DNA of 64,000 nucleotides, from assembly GCA_963785305.1 (NCBI GenBank), contig CAWAUV010000008.1, positions 928,001-992,000 on the forward strand, in the 5' to 3' direction. The stretch's first letter is position 1. Every line of letters starts with the position of its first letter. Positions 32,629 to 43,606 of this stretch are shown here, piece after piece. The notes below the pieces were generated by a model that had not been told where the DNA came from, ran no database searches, and saw only the letters and a program-made list of their open reading frames with translations. The translations under genes were made by a program, and so were the position numbers. The stretch is from an uncultured Planctomycetaceae bacterium. Lineage in GTDB: Bacteria; Planctomycetota; Planctomycetia; Pirellulales; PALSA-1355.

Positions 32629-33511
32629 GTGGCTAACGTAATGAGCGTCGAGAAACGGAACACGATTCTACGGATGCTGGTCGAAGGCAATGGCATTCGC
32701 GGAACGGCACGGCTAATGAACACGAACATCGCTGGCGTGCTGCGGCAGCTTGTCTGGGCCGGCGACCATTGCCGGCAGATGATGAACCGTGAGTTTCGGA
32801 ACCTGACGTTGAACCACGTCGAATGCGACGAGATTTGGACTTTCGTCGGCAAGAAGCAGTCGCGATTGACGATCGACGAAAAGGCACTTTCGGGCCGGGT
32901 CGGCGATGTCTACTTGTGGACCGGCATCGACCCAGGACACGAAGCTGATGCCGACGTTCATGCTCGGCAAGCGGTCGGCCGACATGGCTCGCCGGTTTAT
33001 GATGGACCTTGCGAGCCGCTTGGTGTGGCCGAAGCCGGGCGATTCCGACGCCAAGAACTTCCGCGGCGGCGGCTATAAGCCGATCATCCAAATCAGCACG
33101 GACGGTTTCTCGGCCTACCCGGAAGCTGTCGATCTCGCCTTTGGCCCTTACGCCAAATTCGGCACGATCATCAAGGATTACCGGAATGCGACGATGATCT
33201 ACACCCCGAGCGAAATGGTCGGAACGAAGCGGCGGGGCGTTCAGGGGATAAACGAAGGCGAGGAACGATCGATATGCACGTCGCACGTCGAGCGGAACAA
33301 TCTGACCATCCGCACGTTCATGAAGCGGTTCACTCGTTTGGCCCTGGGATTCTCGAAGAAATTCGAGAATCTGGAAGCGGCTGTGAATCTGCACATGGCG
33401 TACTACAATTTCTGCTGGCGACCGGGCAAGATGCGAGTCAGCCCGGCAATGGCGGCTGGCGTGACTGGTCGCCTCTGGTCGTTCGACGACTTGATGGCCG
33501 GTGGGATGTAG
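32629..33511 (+). CDS. IS1-family DDE transposase; frameshift near 32935
   Basis: HTH (LVEGNGIRGTARL), ECDEIWTFVGKK, ISTDG, TSHVERNNLTIR...KRFTRL...FSKK, YNFC. Confidence 0.9.
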
Positions 33512-33537
33512 CCAAAAGGCTGTGGATCGCTAGAATT

Positions 33538-33576
33538 AAAAAGGGGCCGCCAGTTCGTAGCTGGTGGCCCCTTTTT
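33538..33576. terminator. Bidirectional intrinsic terminator after the transposase
   Basis: AAAAAGGGGCCGCCAG-TTCGTAG-CTGGTGGCCCCTTTTT. Confidence 0.85.
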
Positions 33577-33658
33577 GAGCCAGAAGGCCCATGCCGCTTT
33601 TGCTATAAGCATGGTACGACTTCCGGCCTTTTTTTCAAGCCGGAAAGGCGGGATCGAA

Positions 33659-33964
33659 ATGCCTGGCGAAGGCAAGCTGACAGGAGAACAAATTCGGAAA
33701 GCGAGACAATGGCTCGTAAGCAAGTGCCCAGAATTTAAGTGCCCGCTCTGCGGGAGCAAGGCAGTCGAAGTTCATGAGCGGGTCGTGGAGCTTCGGACCT
33801 TCAATCTAGGGAAGCTTGTAATTGGCGGGGATGTTTTTCCTAATATTCTCGTTATATGCGAACAGTGTGGCTGCTCGACGTTAATCAACGCGATAATGGC
33901 CGGAGTTATTGATCCATCGAGCGAGAAAACGCCGAGCGAACCGGAGAATCACAATGCCAAGTGA
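33659..33964 (+). CDS. Small Zn-ribbon protein (cargo)
   Basis: CPLC and CEQC pairs; overlaps the next gene. Confidence 0.7.
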   Translation: MPGEGKLTGEQIRKARQWLVSKCPEFKCPLCGSKAVEVHERVVELRTFNLGKLVIGGDVFPNILVICEQCGCSTLINAIMAGVIDPSSEKTPSEPENHNAK

Positions 33965-34334
33965 TAATCCGGAGAATCGACCACCGATCCTTTGCCAATC
34001 GCCGCCAGAGCAAGTCGCTATTTATCGCCCCCTTCATGTGGAGCGTCATGTGACTATTTATCCAATCCAAGAGCATGAGCTTGAATCACTCGAAGATACG
34101 AACAAGAACTCTGCGGTTTGGGCATCGATCGCTACCGGTGCCTTCACGCTGCTTCTCGGCTGCGTTTGGGATTGTATTTCAAGCGATGCAGTGAAGCCAT
34201 TGCCAGCAACGTTTTTCATGGTCTGCTGCATAGCAGTAATGGGCATTGGCACATATCTCTCATGGTCATATCGAGTGCGGATCAATGAGAGGCTCGCGAA
34301 AATCCGAAGTGAATCCCGAATACGAGGCGAATAG
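33954..34334 (+). CDS. Small two-TM membrane protein (cargo)
   Basis: Two hydrophobic segments and a basic C-tail; coupled to the Zn-ribbon gene. Confidence 0.65.
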   Translation: MPSDNPENRPPILCQSPPEQVAIYRPLHVERHVTIYPIQEHELESLEDTNKNSAVWASIATGAFTLLLGCVWDCISSDAVKPLPATFFMVCCIAVMGIGTYLSWSYRVRINERLAKIRSESRIRGE

Positions 34335-34983
34335 CGGAAGCTTCTGAAACGGGCCAGCGGCTTGGCGAGAAGGCGATACAACCGGCATCCGGGTCTGCCA
34401 GAATCCCGAGTTGCCGACGAACCTTTCCGGGCAGTCGCGCCGCTAATTTTTTTTCATTTTCCCTGCGGCCCCGATTTCCGCTCCCTGCCGGCTAAGATGG
34501 TTTTCGCTTGACAGGGGCTCAAATGGCATCATTACCCCAAGCGTCCAACACTCCCGTCGCACGATCGATCATGCGTGTTAAACGTTGGAGATCGGCGAGG
34601 CGATGTTCCACCGCGGGTGGAATGCTCGGGCCGGCGGGGCGATACCCCCTTGGCTCGGTCTTTTTCTTCGCGTGAAGTGAACCGCGCCCGAATTATCTGA
34701 TTGCAATTTGCGAGGTGTTGCAAGTTGTAGCAATCCGCCAAGGGTGGCGAATGCCGGCTTTCGGGCCCGCGCAGGCACGCTAATTTCGCCCCTCCGAAAG
34801 CGTTTTGCGAAAGGCCGACTCCGCTTTCCTCCGCTATCAATGCGGGGAAACGCGGAAGTGGCGTCAAGGTCCGCGCATTCGATAAAGTCGCTCCAGCTTA
34901 AGGGACGATACACCACGCATACGAACTGGAGCCGGTCGCATTCGTTGAAAGGCGTGTTGCTCGATCGACGGCGTACTGAGTTT

Positions 34984-36989
34984 ATGAGCCGAGCCAAATA
35001 CAGGATGTTTATTCTCCCACTGCTGGCGTTTGGTTCATGCCAGGTTGGCTCGTGGACCTTTCCAGCGGTCCCGCGGACGGAAGCGGTCCCCGGCTCGCCC
35101 TTGTTGGCGGCCAATCCGGCGCTCGCCGCCGGCGCTTCTGGCGGGCTCGTTCCCTCGCTTGCCGCCGGCATTCCCGGCGGGCTCGCGCCGACGCCAATTT
35201 CCGTCGTCGTCGGTCCTGTTCCCGCTACTATTCTCGCTCCTGCCAGCGGCACTCCGGGCATGCCAATACTTGCGCCTCTTCCGACGCCGGTTTCCGTCGC
35301 GTTCGCGGCGCCTGTTGCTGCTCTCGCTCCTGCTAGCGGCGCTTCCGGCGGGCCTCTTTCTTTGCCTATTCCGGCGCCAGCGTCTGGTGGTATCGCCGAA
35401 CCGATACCCGCCCTGCCGCCGGCGCTTCCGGAGGGCCTGTTCCGCTTTCGAACTTGTCTCCCTTGGAGCTTCCACCGCCGCCGGGAGGTCGGGTCGATGT
35501 CAACCTCAAACGGGCTCCGTTCGAGTCGACCGATCTGCGTTTCCCGATCAACTTCGCAACCGCCTTGCGCCTGTCGAATGCTCGGCCATTGATGGTGGCC
35601 GCCGCGCAAACCGCCGCGTGGACCGCCGAGGCCGATATGCAGGGGGCCCAAGTGGAATGGGTTCCCTCTTTCATGATGACCACGACCTATCTGCACCATG
35701 ATGGTCCGGCGGACTTCAATCATGGCCTCAATGTACCCGCGGGGGTCAACGCGCTCGGCCAGCCCGACCCGGCCAGCTTTGGCCGGCCGCTCAATCAGGA
35801 CTTCAACTGGTTTTATTCGGGGGCTTCGTTGTACCTCGTGGTGGCCACGACCGACGCCATCTTTCAGCCGCTGGCGGCAAAGCAGAAGCTCGACGCGGCC
35901 CGCTGGGGCATTCAGGTGGCCAAGAATGACGCGCTGCTCATGACCGCGCGGTCGTACTTCGATGTTCATAAGTATCGAGGTCAATATGCGGGCAGACTAT
36001 ATACCGTGGAATTGGGCCGCCAGTTGGTGGCGACTCTCAAGAATTTGAGCCCCGATCTGATTCCCGCCGTCGAGGTGGATCGCGGCCGAAATGTGCTGGC
36101 GTATTTGGAAGCCCAGGCCGCGTCGGCGCGGGAGAAATGGCGCCGTTCGAGCGCCGATCTCACGCAGGTTCTTCGCCTGGATCCGCGGGCAGTCGTCGAT
36201 CCGATGGAGGCCGATCATCTGCGGATCACGCTGATCGATCCTAGCCGGTCGCTCGACGAATTGACGCAAATCGCCTTGAAGAACCGGCCCGAGCTTGTCG
36301 CGCAGCAGTCGATGGTCCAGCACGCCCTGGTTCGAATCCGTCAGGAAAAGGCGCGACCCTTGCTTCCTTTGGTATTGCTCACCGGATGGCAGGGGCCGGG
36401 CGGAATGACGAACGAGTTGGGAGTTTTTGGCACGGGCAACGGCAGTTCGCTCGGCAACTGGAGCCTTCGCGAGGACCTCAGTCTGCAAGCAATCTGGCAG
36501 CTCGACAGCATGGGTTTCGGGAACTTGGCGTTGATCAAGCAGCAGCGAGGCGCCCAGTCGGAAGCCATCGCGACCTTGTTCAAAATGCAGGACGGCGTGG
36601 CCGCTGAAATCACCGAGGCCCAGGCCGATGTGCAGTCGGCCGCTGCCCGCGTGCTCGAGGCCGAACGCGCGTTGCGGAGCAGCCTGGTCACGTATCAAGG
36701 GAGCCTGGACGGGCTGGGACAAACTCAGCGTTTCGGCGATGTCCTGCATTTGATTTACCGGCCGCAGGAAGTCGTGTATGCGCTCAAACAACTGACGATC
36801 GCGTTCGACGAATACTTCGCCACCGTGGCGGATTACAACCGGGCTCAATTCGAACTATTTCATGCCTTGGGATATCCGGCGCGGGAAATCAGCCTCCAAC
36901 GCACGCCGGGAAACGTGATTTCGGTGAATACCACAAGGCCCGATTTCTTGCCGGAAGTCGGAACGGGTCCTCCGCCCGCCCCGCGCTGA
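34984..36989 (+). CDS. TolC/outer-membrane efflux family protein 1 with Pro/Ala-rich N-terminus; frameshift near 35450
   Basis: FPINFATALRL, ARSYFDV, ALKNRPEL, DYNRAQFELFHALG; helical OEP-like repeats. Confidence 0.75.
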
Positions 36990-37017
36990 CTCTTACTCGG
37001 GAGAAGGATCTCCGTCG

Positions 37018-38858
37018 ATGCGATTACCACGCGACTGGAACATTTTCAACGCCGCCCTGCTACTGTGCGTGGCGCGCTTGCGTTGGCTGGCGATGCGTTT
37101 GCTCAGACGTCGATCTTCACTCCGGGCAATCCCTGGGGGCAGGCCACCGGCCAGCCAGGGCCGCTGACTCCGCCGCCCCTCGCGGCCCAGCGTGAACCGG
37201 CCGGGCCGCCGTCGGGCCCGAAGGCCGATCCGGCCCACGGCCAAGCACTTCGGTCCTATGAGCTACCGCCTCCCGAAAAACCGGCGCCAGTCGGAGAGGT
37301 CGTGCTGCTCCCGCTTCCGCCGCTGGAGCCGGGGGACAAGCGTTTTCCGATCAATCTGGTGGCGGCGCTACGGCTTTCCGATGCCCGCCCGATCGTCGTC
37401 ACCAAGGCCCAGGCCGCCAGTTGGACTGCCGAGGCGGAGCTTCAGCACGCTCAACTCCTCTGGCTGCCCACGTTCAACTTCGGGGCGGATTACATCCGAC
37501 ACGACGGCAATGGTCCGGATTTGAATTATGGTGAAAACATTCCCCAGGGCGTGAATGCCCTCGGCCAGCCGGACCCAGGCAGCTTTGGAAGGCCACTGAA
37601 ACAGAATATCAGCGCCATCTATGCCGGCGGCGGAGTGACGTACACGCCGGACCAAGCGAATTATTTCTATCAACCGACGCCGGGCATCCCGCTGTTGCCC
37701 TATCCGCAGGAGCAGTTCCTGACGGACATCATCTTCGAGCCGTTGCGGGCGCGGCAGCGCATGGACTCCAAGCGATGGGATATTCAGACCGCCAAGAATA
37801 ATGCGGTCTTGGCAACCGCGCGCGCTATTTCGAGGTCCACCGGCTTCGCGGCCAGTATGCGGGCGCCCTGGACACGGTGACGAAGGGGCGGCAGCTCGTC
37901 GCGATAATCGCGGCCCAAACCAAGGACCTCGTTGCCGGCATCGAGGTGGACCGCGCACGAAGCATGCTCGCCGATCTGGAACAGCAAGCCGCCTCGGCGC
38001 GCCAGGGCTGGCGCCGATCGAGCGCGGCTCTCACGCGGGTGCTTCGACTCGATCCTCGGGCCGTGGTCGAGCCCTTGGAGCGCCGATCATCTGCAAATCA
38101 CGTTGATCGATCCCAGCCGTCCGTTGGACGAGCTGATTCCGATCGGCCTGACGAGCCGTCCGGAATTGGCGGCCCATCAGGCGCTCGTCAAAGCAACGCT
38201 CGTGGCCATTCGCCGCGAAAAACTCCGTCCGCTCATGCCCTCTATCTTGCTCAATGGTTTCACGACTCCCTACGAGCTTCTCGAGGGCGGTATCTATGGC
38301 GAGGGAAAAGGCAGCAGCGTGAATGAATACAGCGGGCGAAACGATCTCACGCCGCAACTCTGCTGGCAAGCGAAATCGATGGGGATGGGCAACCTGGGCT
38401 TGATCAAGGAACAACGCGGCATCACATCGCAAAACATCGTTCAGTTGTTCAATATCCAAGACAGCGTGGCCGCCGACATCGCGCGAGCCCAGGCGGACCT
38501 ACAGTCGGCCGCGGTCCGCGTGGTCGAAGCCAAACGCGAACTTGAAGCGGCGCGAATCACCTATGCGGGAAACGTCGATGGCCTGCAACAAACCAAACGC
38601 TTCGGAGATGTGCTGCGACAAATATTCCGTCCGCAGGAAGTCGTCTACGCCTTGCAGTTGTTAAAGACGGCCTACGATCACTATTTCGGCACGGTCGCCG
38701 AGTACAACCGGGCGCAATTCGAGATGTTTCATGCCTTGGGATACCCGGCGCAGAGTTTATCAAAAGACCAACCACCCGGCGCCATCGAGCCCGTCGACAC
38801 GGCACGGCCTGGCTACCTGCCCGATGTGGGCGTCGGACCGCCACCGGCCACTCGCTGA
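37018..38858 (+). CDS. TolC family protein 2; frameshifts near 37075, 37825 and 38080
   Basis: Paralog of protein 1: FPINLVAALRL, SRPEL, EYNRAQFEMFHALGYPA...GPPPATR. Confidence 0.75.
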
Positions 38859-38910
38859 CGCTGACTTTCGGGTTTACATGCCCCAAAAAAATACGAGGTC
38901 CATTGGCGCC

Positions 38911-39498
38911 ATGACTCGGAAAACCTTCAACCAGCTCGTTCTGCTGATGGGTGTCTGCGCTCTGCCGACCGCGGGCATGGCCGGAGACGATGCCGCCAGC
39001 AAACGTCACCCGAAATACTTCAAGTGGTTCCTGGAAGAGATCGAGGTCGGAAAGAATCGCCTCCATTCCGGCCGAGGCGTCGCCATCTATTCGCCCATCG
39101 ATAGTCCGGACATTCCGCCCAAGCACTTGCCGCCGAGTTGGTATCACAACTTTTTGCCCTATTATTCCCGCATGATTCCCAGTTCGACGCGCTGGACGCC
39201 GGACGCGATCGTCCCCTATTACCGGGGCTACTGTAAGAGCGGAAAGGTCAGCAGGCAGCCTTGCCTCGTGCCCGAGCCTCCGCTGGTTCCCGACACTTCA
39301 GGCGCCCCGAGCGACAATTACGGTTCCTTCGCCGGCACCACCGAGAATGAATCGCAAATCCTGCGATTGGGAGGCGAGGGTCCTTACCAGAGAATGATTC
39401 CCGATATTATTGGCGGCGACGCGGTTACTCCCCCGCGGGCGCCGCCCGTGATGCCGCCCATCGCGCCAGAGGTAATCAAGGCGCCTGGAGCTCAATGA
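38911..39498 (+). CDS. Hypothetical exported Pro/Tyr-rich protein
   Basis: Signal-peptide-like N-terminus; co-oriented between TolC paralogs. Confidence 0.55.
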   Translation: MTRKTFNQLVLLMGVCALPTAGMAGDDAASKRHPKYFKWFLEEIEVGKNRLHSGRGVAIYSPIDSPDIPPKHLPPSWYHNFLPYYSRMIPSSTRWTPDAIVPYYRGYCKSGKVSRQPCLVPEPPLVPDTSGAPSDNYGSFAGTTENESQILRLGGEGPYQRMIPDIIGGDAVTPPRAPPVMPPIAPEVIKAPGAQ

Positions 39499-39677
39499 CC
39501 CGAGCGGGCGCGATGCTTTTCGGGCCAAGTCGAGCAGGCCGGAAAGGAAGACAGCGGGATGGCTGCTGGTAAGAGTTCGAGCACTTTTCCTCACATCCAC
39601 AATCGATCGCAATGCCGGGCGCATGGCATCGGCCGGCGCACTGGTCCCGAGAGTCGTTCGGATCGGCGGGTTTCATC

Positions 39678-41447
39678 ATGAGTCACGGAGCACGACTGCG
39701 ACTGCCGCTGCTATTGCTGGCGCTGGTGTTCACCAGCGCTTGCCATTCCCTGCCGTTCTCCGCGCTCAATTCAAAGGATAAGTCCGCGGCCCTGGCCTCG
39801 AACGGCGCGATGGCCGCCAATTCCAAGACCGAATCGGCGCCGCGCGACTCGGCGATTTCCCTGGCGAATTACGAATCGTCGGCGCCCAACGCGTCCTCCG
39901 GGGCGTCCCTGACCGAAAAACCACTGCAACGTCCGCTGCCACAGGGCGGAGAGGTCGCGCATCTCGAATTGCCGCCTCTCGAAGCCGGCGACATTCGGTT
40001 TCCGATTAATCTGGCCGCCGCGCTCCGGTTGGCGGATGCCCGCCCGCTGGTCATCGCGGCAGCGCAAGCCAGCGCCTGGCAAGCCGAAGCCAAGATGCAA
40101 CAGGCCAACGTGCTGTGGTTACCCGATTTCTATTGGGGCTTCGACTATACCCGGCACGACGGCTACGGCCCCGACCTATTGAACGCCACCAATGTGCCTC
40201 CCGGTGTCAATGCCCAAGGACAACCCAATCCCGCGAGCTTCGGAAAGTCGCTGCAACAAGACGTGAACATGATGTATGCCGGCGGCGCATTCTATTCCAT
40301 GACCTATCTCACGGACATTATCTACGAGCCGCTGAAAGCGCGGCAGCACCTGAACGGCAAACGCTGGGATATTCAGCAAGCCAAGAACGACGCATTGCTA
40401 AAGACGGCCCAAGCCTACTTCGACGTTCACAAATATCGGGGCCAATATGCCGTGCGCTCGACGTGATCAAGAAAGGCCGCGAACTGGTCCGGGTCATTCA
40501 AACGCAGAGCAAGGACCTCGTTCCGGGAGTGGAAGTGGATCGTGCTCGCGATCTTCTTGCCGACATGGAGCAACAGGCGGCGACCGCGCGGCGGAATTGG
40601 CGCCGCGCCAGTATTGCTCTAACGCAAGTCCTTCGACTCGATCCCCGAGTCGTCGTCGAGCCAGCCGAGCGAGATCACCTTCAAATTACACTGGTCGACC
40701 CCAGCCGACCCCTCGAGGAGCTGATGCCGATCGGATTGTCGAATCGTCCCGAGCTCGCCTCGAATCAGGCGGAAATTCAGAAAATGCTGGTTTCGATCCG
40801 GCGCGAGAAGATGCGGCCTTTGATGCCGGCTGTCGTGCTGACCGGTTTCCAGACGCCCTACGAAATGTGGGAGTTCGGAGCGCTGGGAATCGGCCAAGGG
40901 GCCAGCATGAACAATTGGAGTTCCCGGCTCGACCTTGCTCCCCAGCTTCTCTGGCAGGCCGATTCCTTGGGCTTCGGCAACATGGCCATGGTCAAACGCG
41001 AACGCAGTCACGCCTCGAAGGCAATCATCGATCTGTACTATGCCCAGGACTCGGTGGTCGCCGATGTCACTCGCGCCCAGGCCAGCATTCAGTCCGCCGC
41101 GGCGCGAGTGGTCGAGGCCGAGCGCGAATTGCAGGCAGCCCAGATCAACTATGCGGGGAACGTCGACGGGCTGAAACAGACCCAGCGTTTCGGCGATGTG
41201 CTGCAAGAGATCTTTCGGCCGCAAGAAGTGGTCTATTCGTTGCAGCTCGTCAAGATCGCCTACGATCGCTATTTCGAGACGGTCGCCGAATATAATCAAG
41301 CGCAATTCGAGATGTTTCATGCCTTGGGATATCCGGCCCAAGAGCTTTCGCGGCAGCGCTCCCACGGGAACGGCAACGCCAGCGGACACGACGCGGCCGG
41401 ATTATCTCCCGCCCGTGGGAACAGGACCTCCGCCCGCAACTCGGTAG
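39678..41447 (+). CDS. TolC family protein 3 (lipoprotein); frameshifts near 40450 and 41360
   Basis: LVFTSAC lipobox, FPINLAAALRL, NRPEL, FHALGYPA...GTGPPPATR. Confidence 0.75.
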
Positions 41448-41559
41448 AAACACGCGAACGGGGCCCCGCGAGAAGTATTCATGGGAAACCTCCGTGTCGG
41501 CGGAAGCTGCCCAACTTTCCCGACTCAAGCCAACCCGAGCTTTGGGCTTTGACGCGGCG

Positions 41560-42725
41560 CTAGTCGCGGGAGCTTGATCGCGATTTCGATCGGCCGCCGA
41601 ATACGCTCGTGATGAATTTCCAGACGACGCCGCAAGCCGCCAGGAACCCGAATACGATCAATTTGATCGACTTGAGGGCCAGGGCAATCAACTTGGGCAG
41701 CAAGCCAAATTTTACCGCCGCCACCCCGGCGCCGCCCGTGATCAGGCCCACGAGCCCGTATTCCGCGATCTTATCGCCCTCGCGAAACTCGCCGTATTTG
41801 TTGCCGGCACTGAATTCGCAGCCACTGGCCAACTGTTTGGCCTGGGGAATCAGGGCGGGAACCCGGTCAGGCTCGACAACCATCACCACGCTCATCACGC
41901 CCTGGCGGCCAAGCAGACGCACGTTGTAATTCGCGATCGAACTGCCATTGGCGATGCCTTGAATCGCCCAGGTCAGGTTGTGCGTGCCAGGATCATAGGC
42001 CGGGGGCTGAATCCAACCGTTGACGTGAAGATCGCCCCAGCCGCGTTTTTTTCGCTCGGCGTTCGCGGCTTCCGTGCCGGTGCGAAAGGCGGTGAGAATC
42101 TCGTCGGCGTTTAGGCTTCCTTGTTCGTCGTCGGCCACATGGCCCACGTCCTTGTATGCGAAGGTCAAAAACCAACCAACTTGGTCCGTGGGCAACATCA
42201 CGCCGAGCAGTGTCGGGTCGGGCATGTTTTGCGCGAGCTCCATGAATCGCGCCGTGCTCGCGCCGGTGGTAATCCGAAAGCCGGCTGGCACTGCGCACCG
42301 TGGCGACTGCTCCGAGCTGGGCCGTGGTCGGGCCCATTTGCCAAGGGATCGTATTGATGAGTTGATTCAATTGCTGTTCGGCCGGCGTAAGACCCGCGGG
42401 ATTGTTGGCGGGCAACCCCGGCTTGGCGGCGGGATTTTGATGCGTGAATCGCGGCGGGCGACGCCGCCGGGCGCCGTGGGCCGAGGCTGAACCGAGCCGA
42501 CGCCGGGCATTGCCTGCCCCGCGGGCTGACCAGGCGCCGGGTTTGGCGGCGCGGGCGATGGCGAAGCGGGCGGCAGCGCGTCCGAAGGCGCGCCGGCGGC
42601 TTGCATCAATAATCGCGTCGCGCTATTGTTTGGCGACTGGCCGATCGCCTCGCTCGCAAGCAGCCCAAAAACGCAGCCCGCGGCCAACAGCCCGGTTCCA
42701 GAAAGGCCCGCGCAAATAGGCTCAT
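41560..42725 (-). CDS. DUF2167 family membrane-anchored protein; several frameshifts
   Basis: GHVADDE, WIQPPAYD...NLTWA, NYNVRLLGRQGV, GDKIAEYGLVGLI; start uncertain. Confidence 0.75.
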
Positions 42726-42966
42726 CGAGCCCACGGCGGTTCGGTGGCTTCGCGCATTGCGAGGCATTAAAGAATTCCCCGGGCACGTGGCGAGGCCGAA
42801 CGAGACGGTCGAGCGAGATATGCGCCGCCCAGGGAGAGTGCGTCGGGCCACGCCCAGGGGCCATTTTCCATCTTACAGCGCCCCGATCGCATTGCAACCT
42901 CGGCCCAGAAAAGGTAGGTTCGCGCTTCGCGGCGTCGGGTTCCTCGAGTCTTTTGGCGACCCTCCG

Positions 42967-43413
42967 ATGATCTATGATCTGCTTTCCGCGGCCCATCGCT
43001 ACCGAGCGCTCGATGCCCGCCTGCGAGCCGGCTTCGACTTCCTGCTCTCGGCCGACCTCGCCTCCATGCCGCTCGGCCGCCACGAACTCGACGGCGATCG
43101 GCTCCTGGTGAGCATTCAATCCGAATCGGGCCGCGGTGAATCGGGCGCCCGACTCGAAGCGCATCGGGCCTATGCCGATATTCAGGTCGCCGTCTCGGGC
43201 GAAGACCACATCGGCTGGAGCCCATTGGCCGATTGCCTCGCGATCACGGAGCCCTACGACGCCAATCGCGACATCATCTTCTTCGGTGATGCTCCCCAGT
43301 TTTGGCTTCCGCTTCCGCCGGGCCGATTCGCGGTATTCTATCCCGACGACGCGCATGCCCCGCTGGCTGGCGTCGGGCCGATCCTGAAGGCCGTGGTCAA
43401 GGTCGCGATATGA
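42967..43413 (+). CDS. YhcH/YjgK/YiaL (DUF386) family protein
   Basis: LEAHRAYADIQ, YDANRDIIFF, FAVFYPDDAHAP, KAVVKV. Confidence 0.9.
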   Translation: MIYDLLSAAHRYRALDARLRAGFDFLLSADLASMPLGRHELDGDRLLVSIQSESGRGESGARLEAHRAYADIQVAVSGEDHIGWSPLADCLAITEPYDANRDIIFFGDAPQFWLPLPPGRFAVFYPDDAHAPLAGVGPILKAVVKVAI

Positions 43414-43606
43414 CTTGGCGCCATGGCATGAACCACGCTTGAACAAGTGTTGTTTTCGATCGCGCGCGTCAAATTCGTTTCCGGTTCCCTTCGCGGGCGC
43501 TGCTTTCATCGGTTCGCCGGGCGGCTTATAATGCGGCCTCGCCTGGGCAGCGTTGGTTTTGGATTGCTCTGCGCATTGGTTGGCGCTTTCCACGAATAGG
43601 TTCCGC

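Larger units (their letters stand above)
30847..34536 (+). mobile_element. IS1-family transposon with passenger genes (3,690 bp)
   Basis: Left end GGTAGTGATACCATTTGA (30847-30864); right end reverse complement GGTAATGATGCCATTTGA (34519-34536), 16/18 identical; CCAAGCGT duplicated at 30839-30846 and 34537-34544; internal IS1-type transposase. Confidence 0.92.

Noticed and set aside
32925..32945. Programmed -1 frameshift in the IS1 transposase
   Set aside because: No A6C slippery site, the shift falls inside the DDE domain, and similar indels occur throughout the window
34508..34536. Outward-facing promoter at the right transposon end
   Set aside because: TTGACA is perfect but there is no credible -10 at 16-18 bp spacing
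43423..43439. Sigma54 promoter TGGCATGAACCACGCT upstream of livK
   Set aside because: Spacing fits but the -12 element (ACGC) is poor and I saw no enhancer
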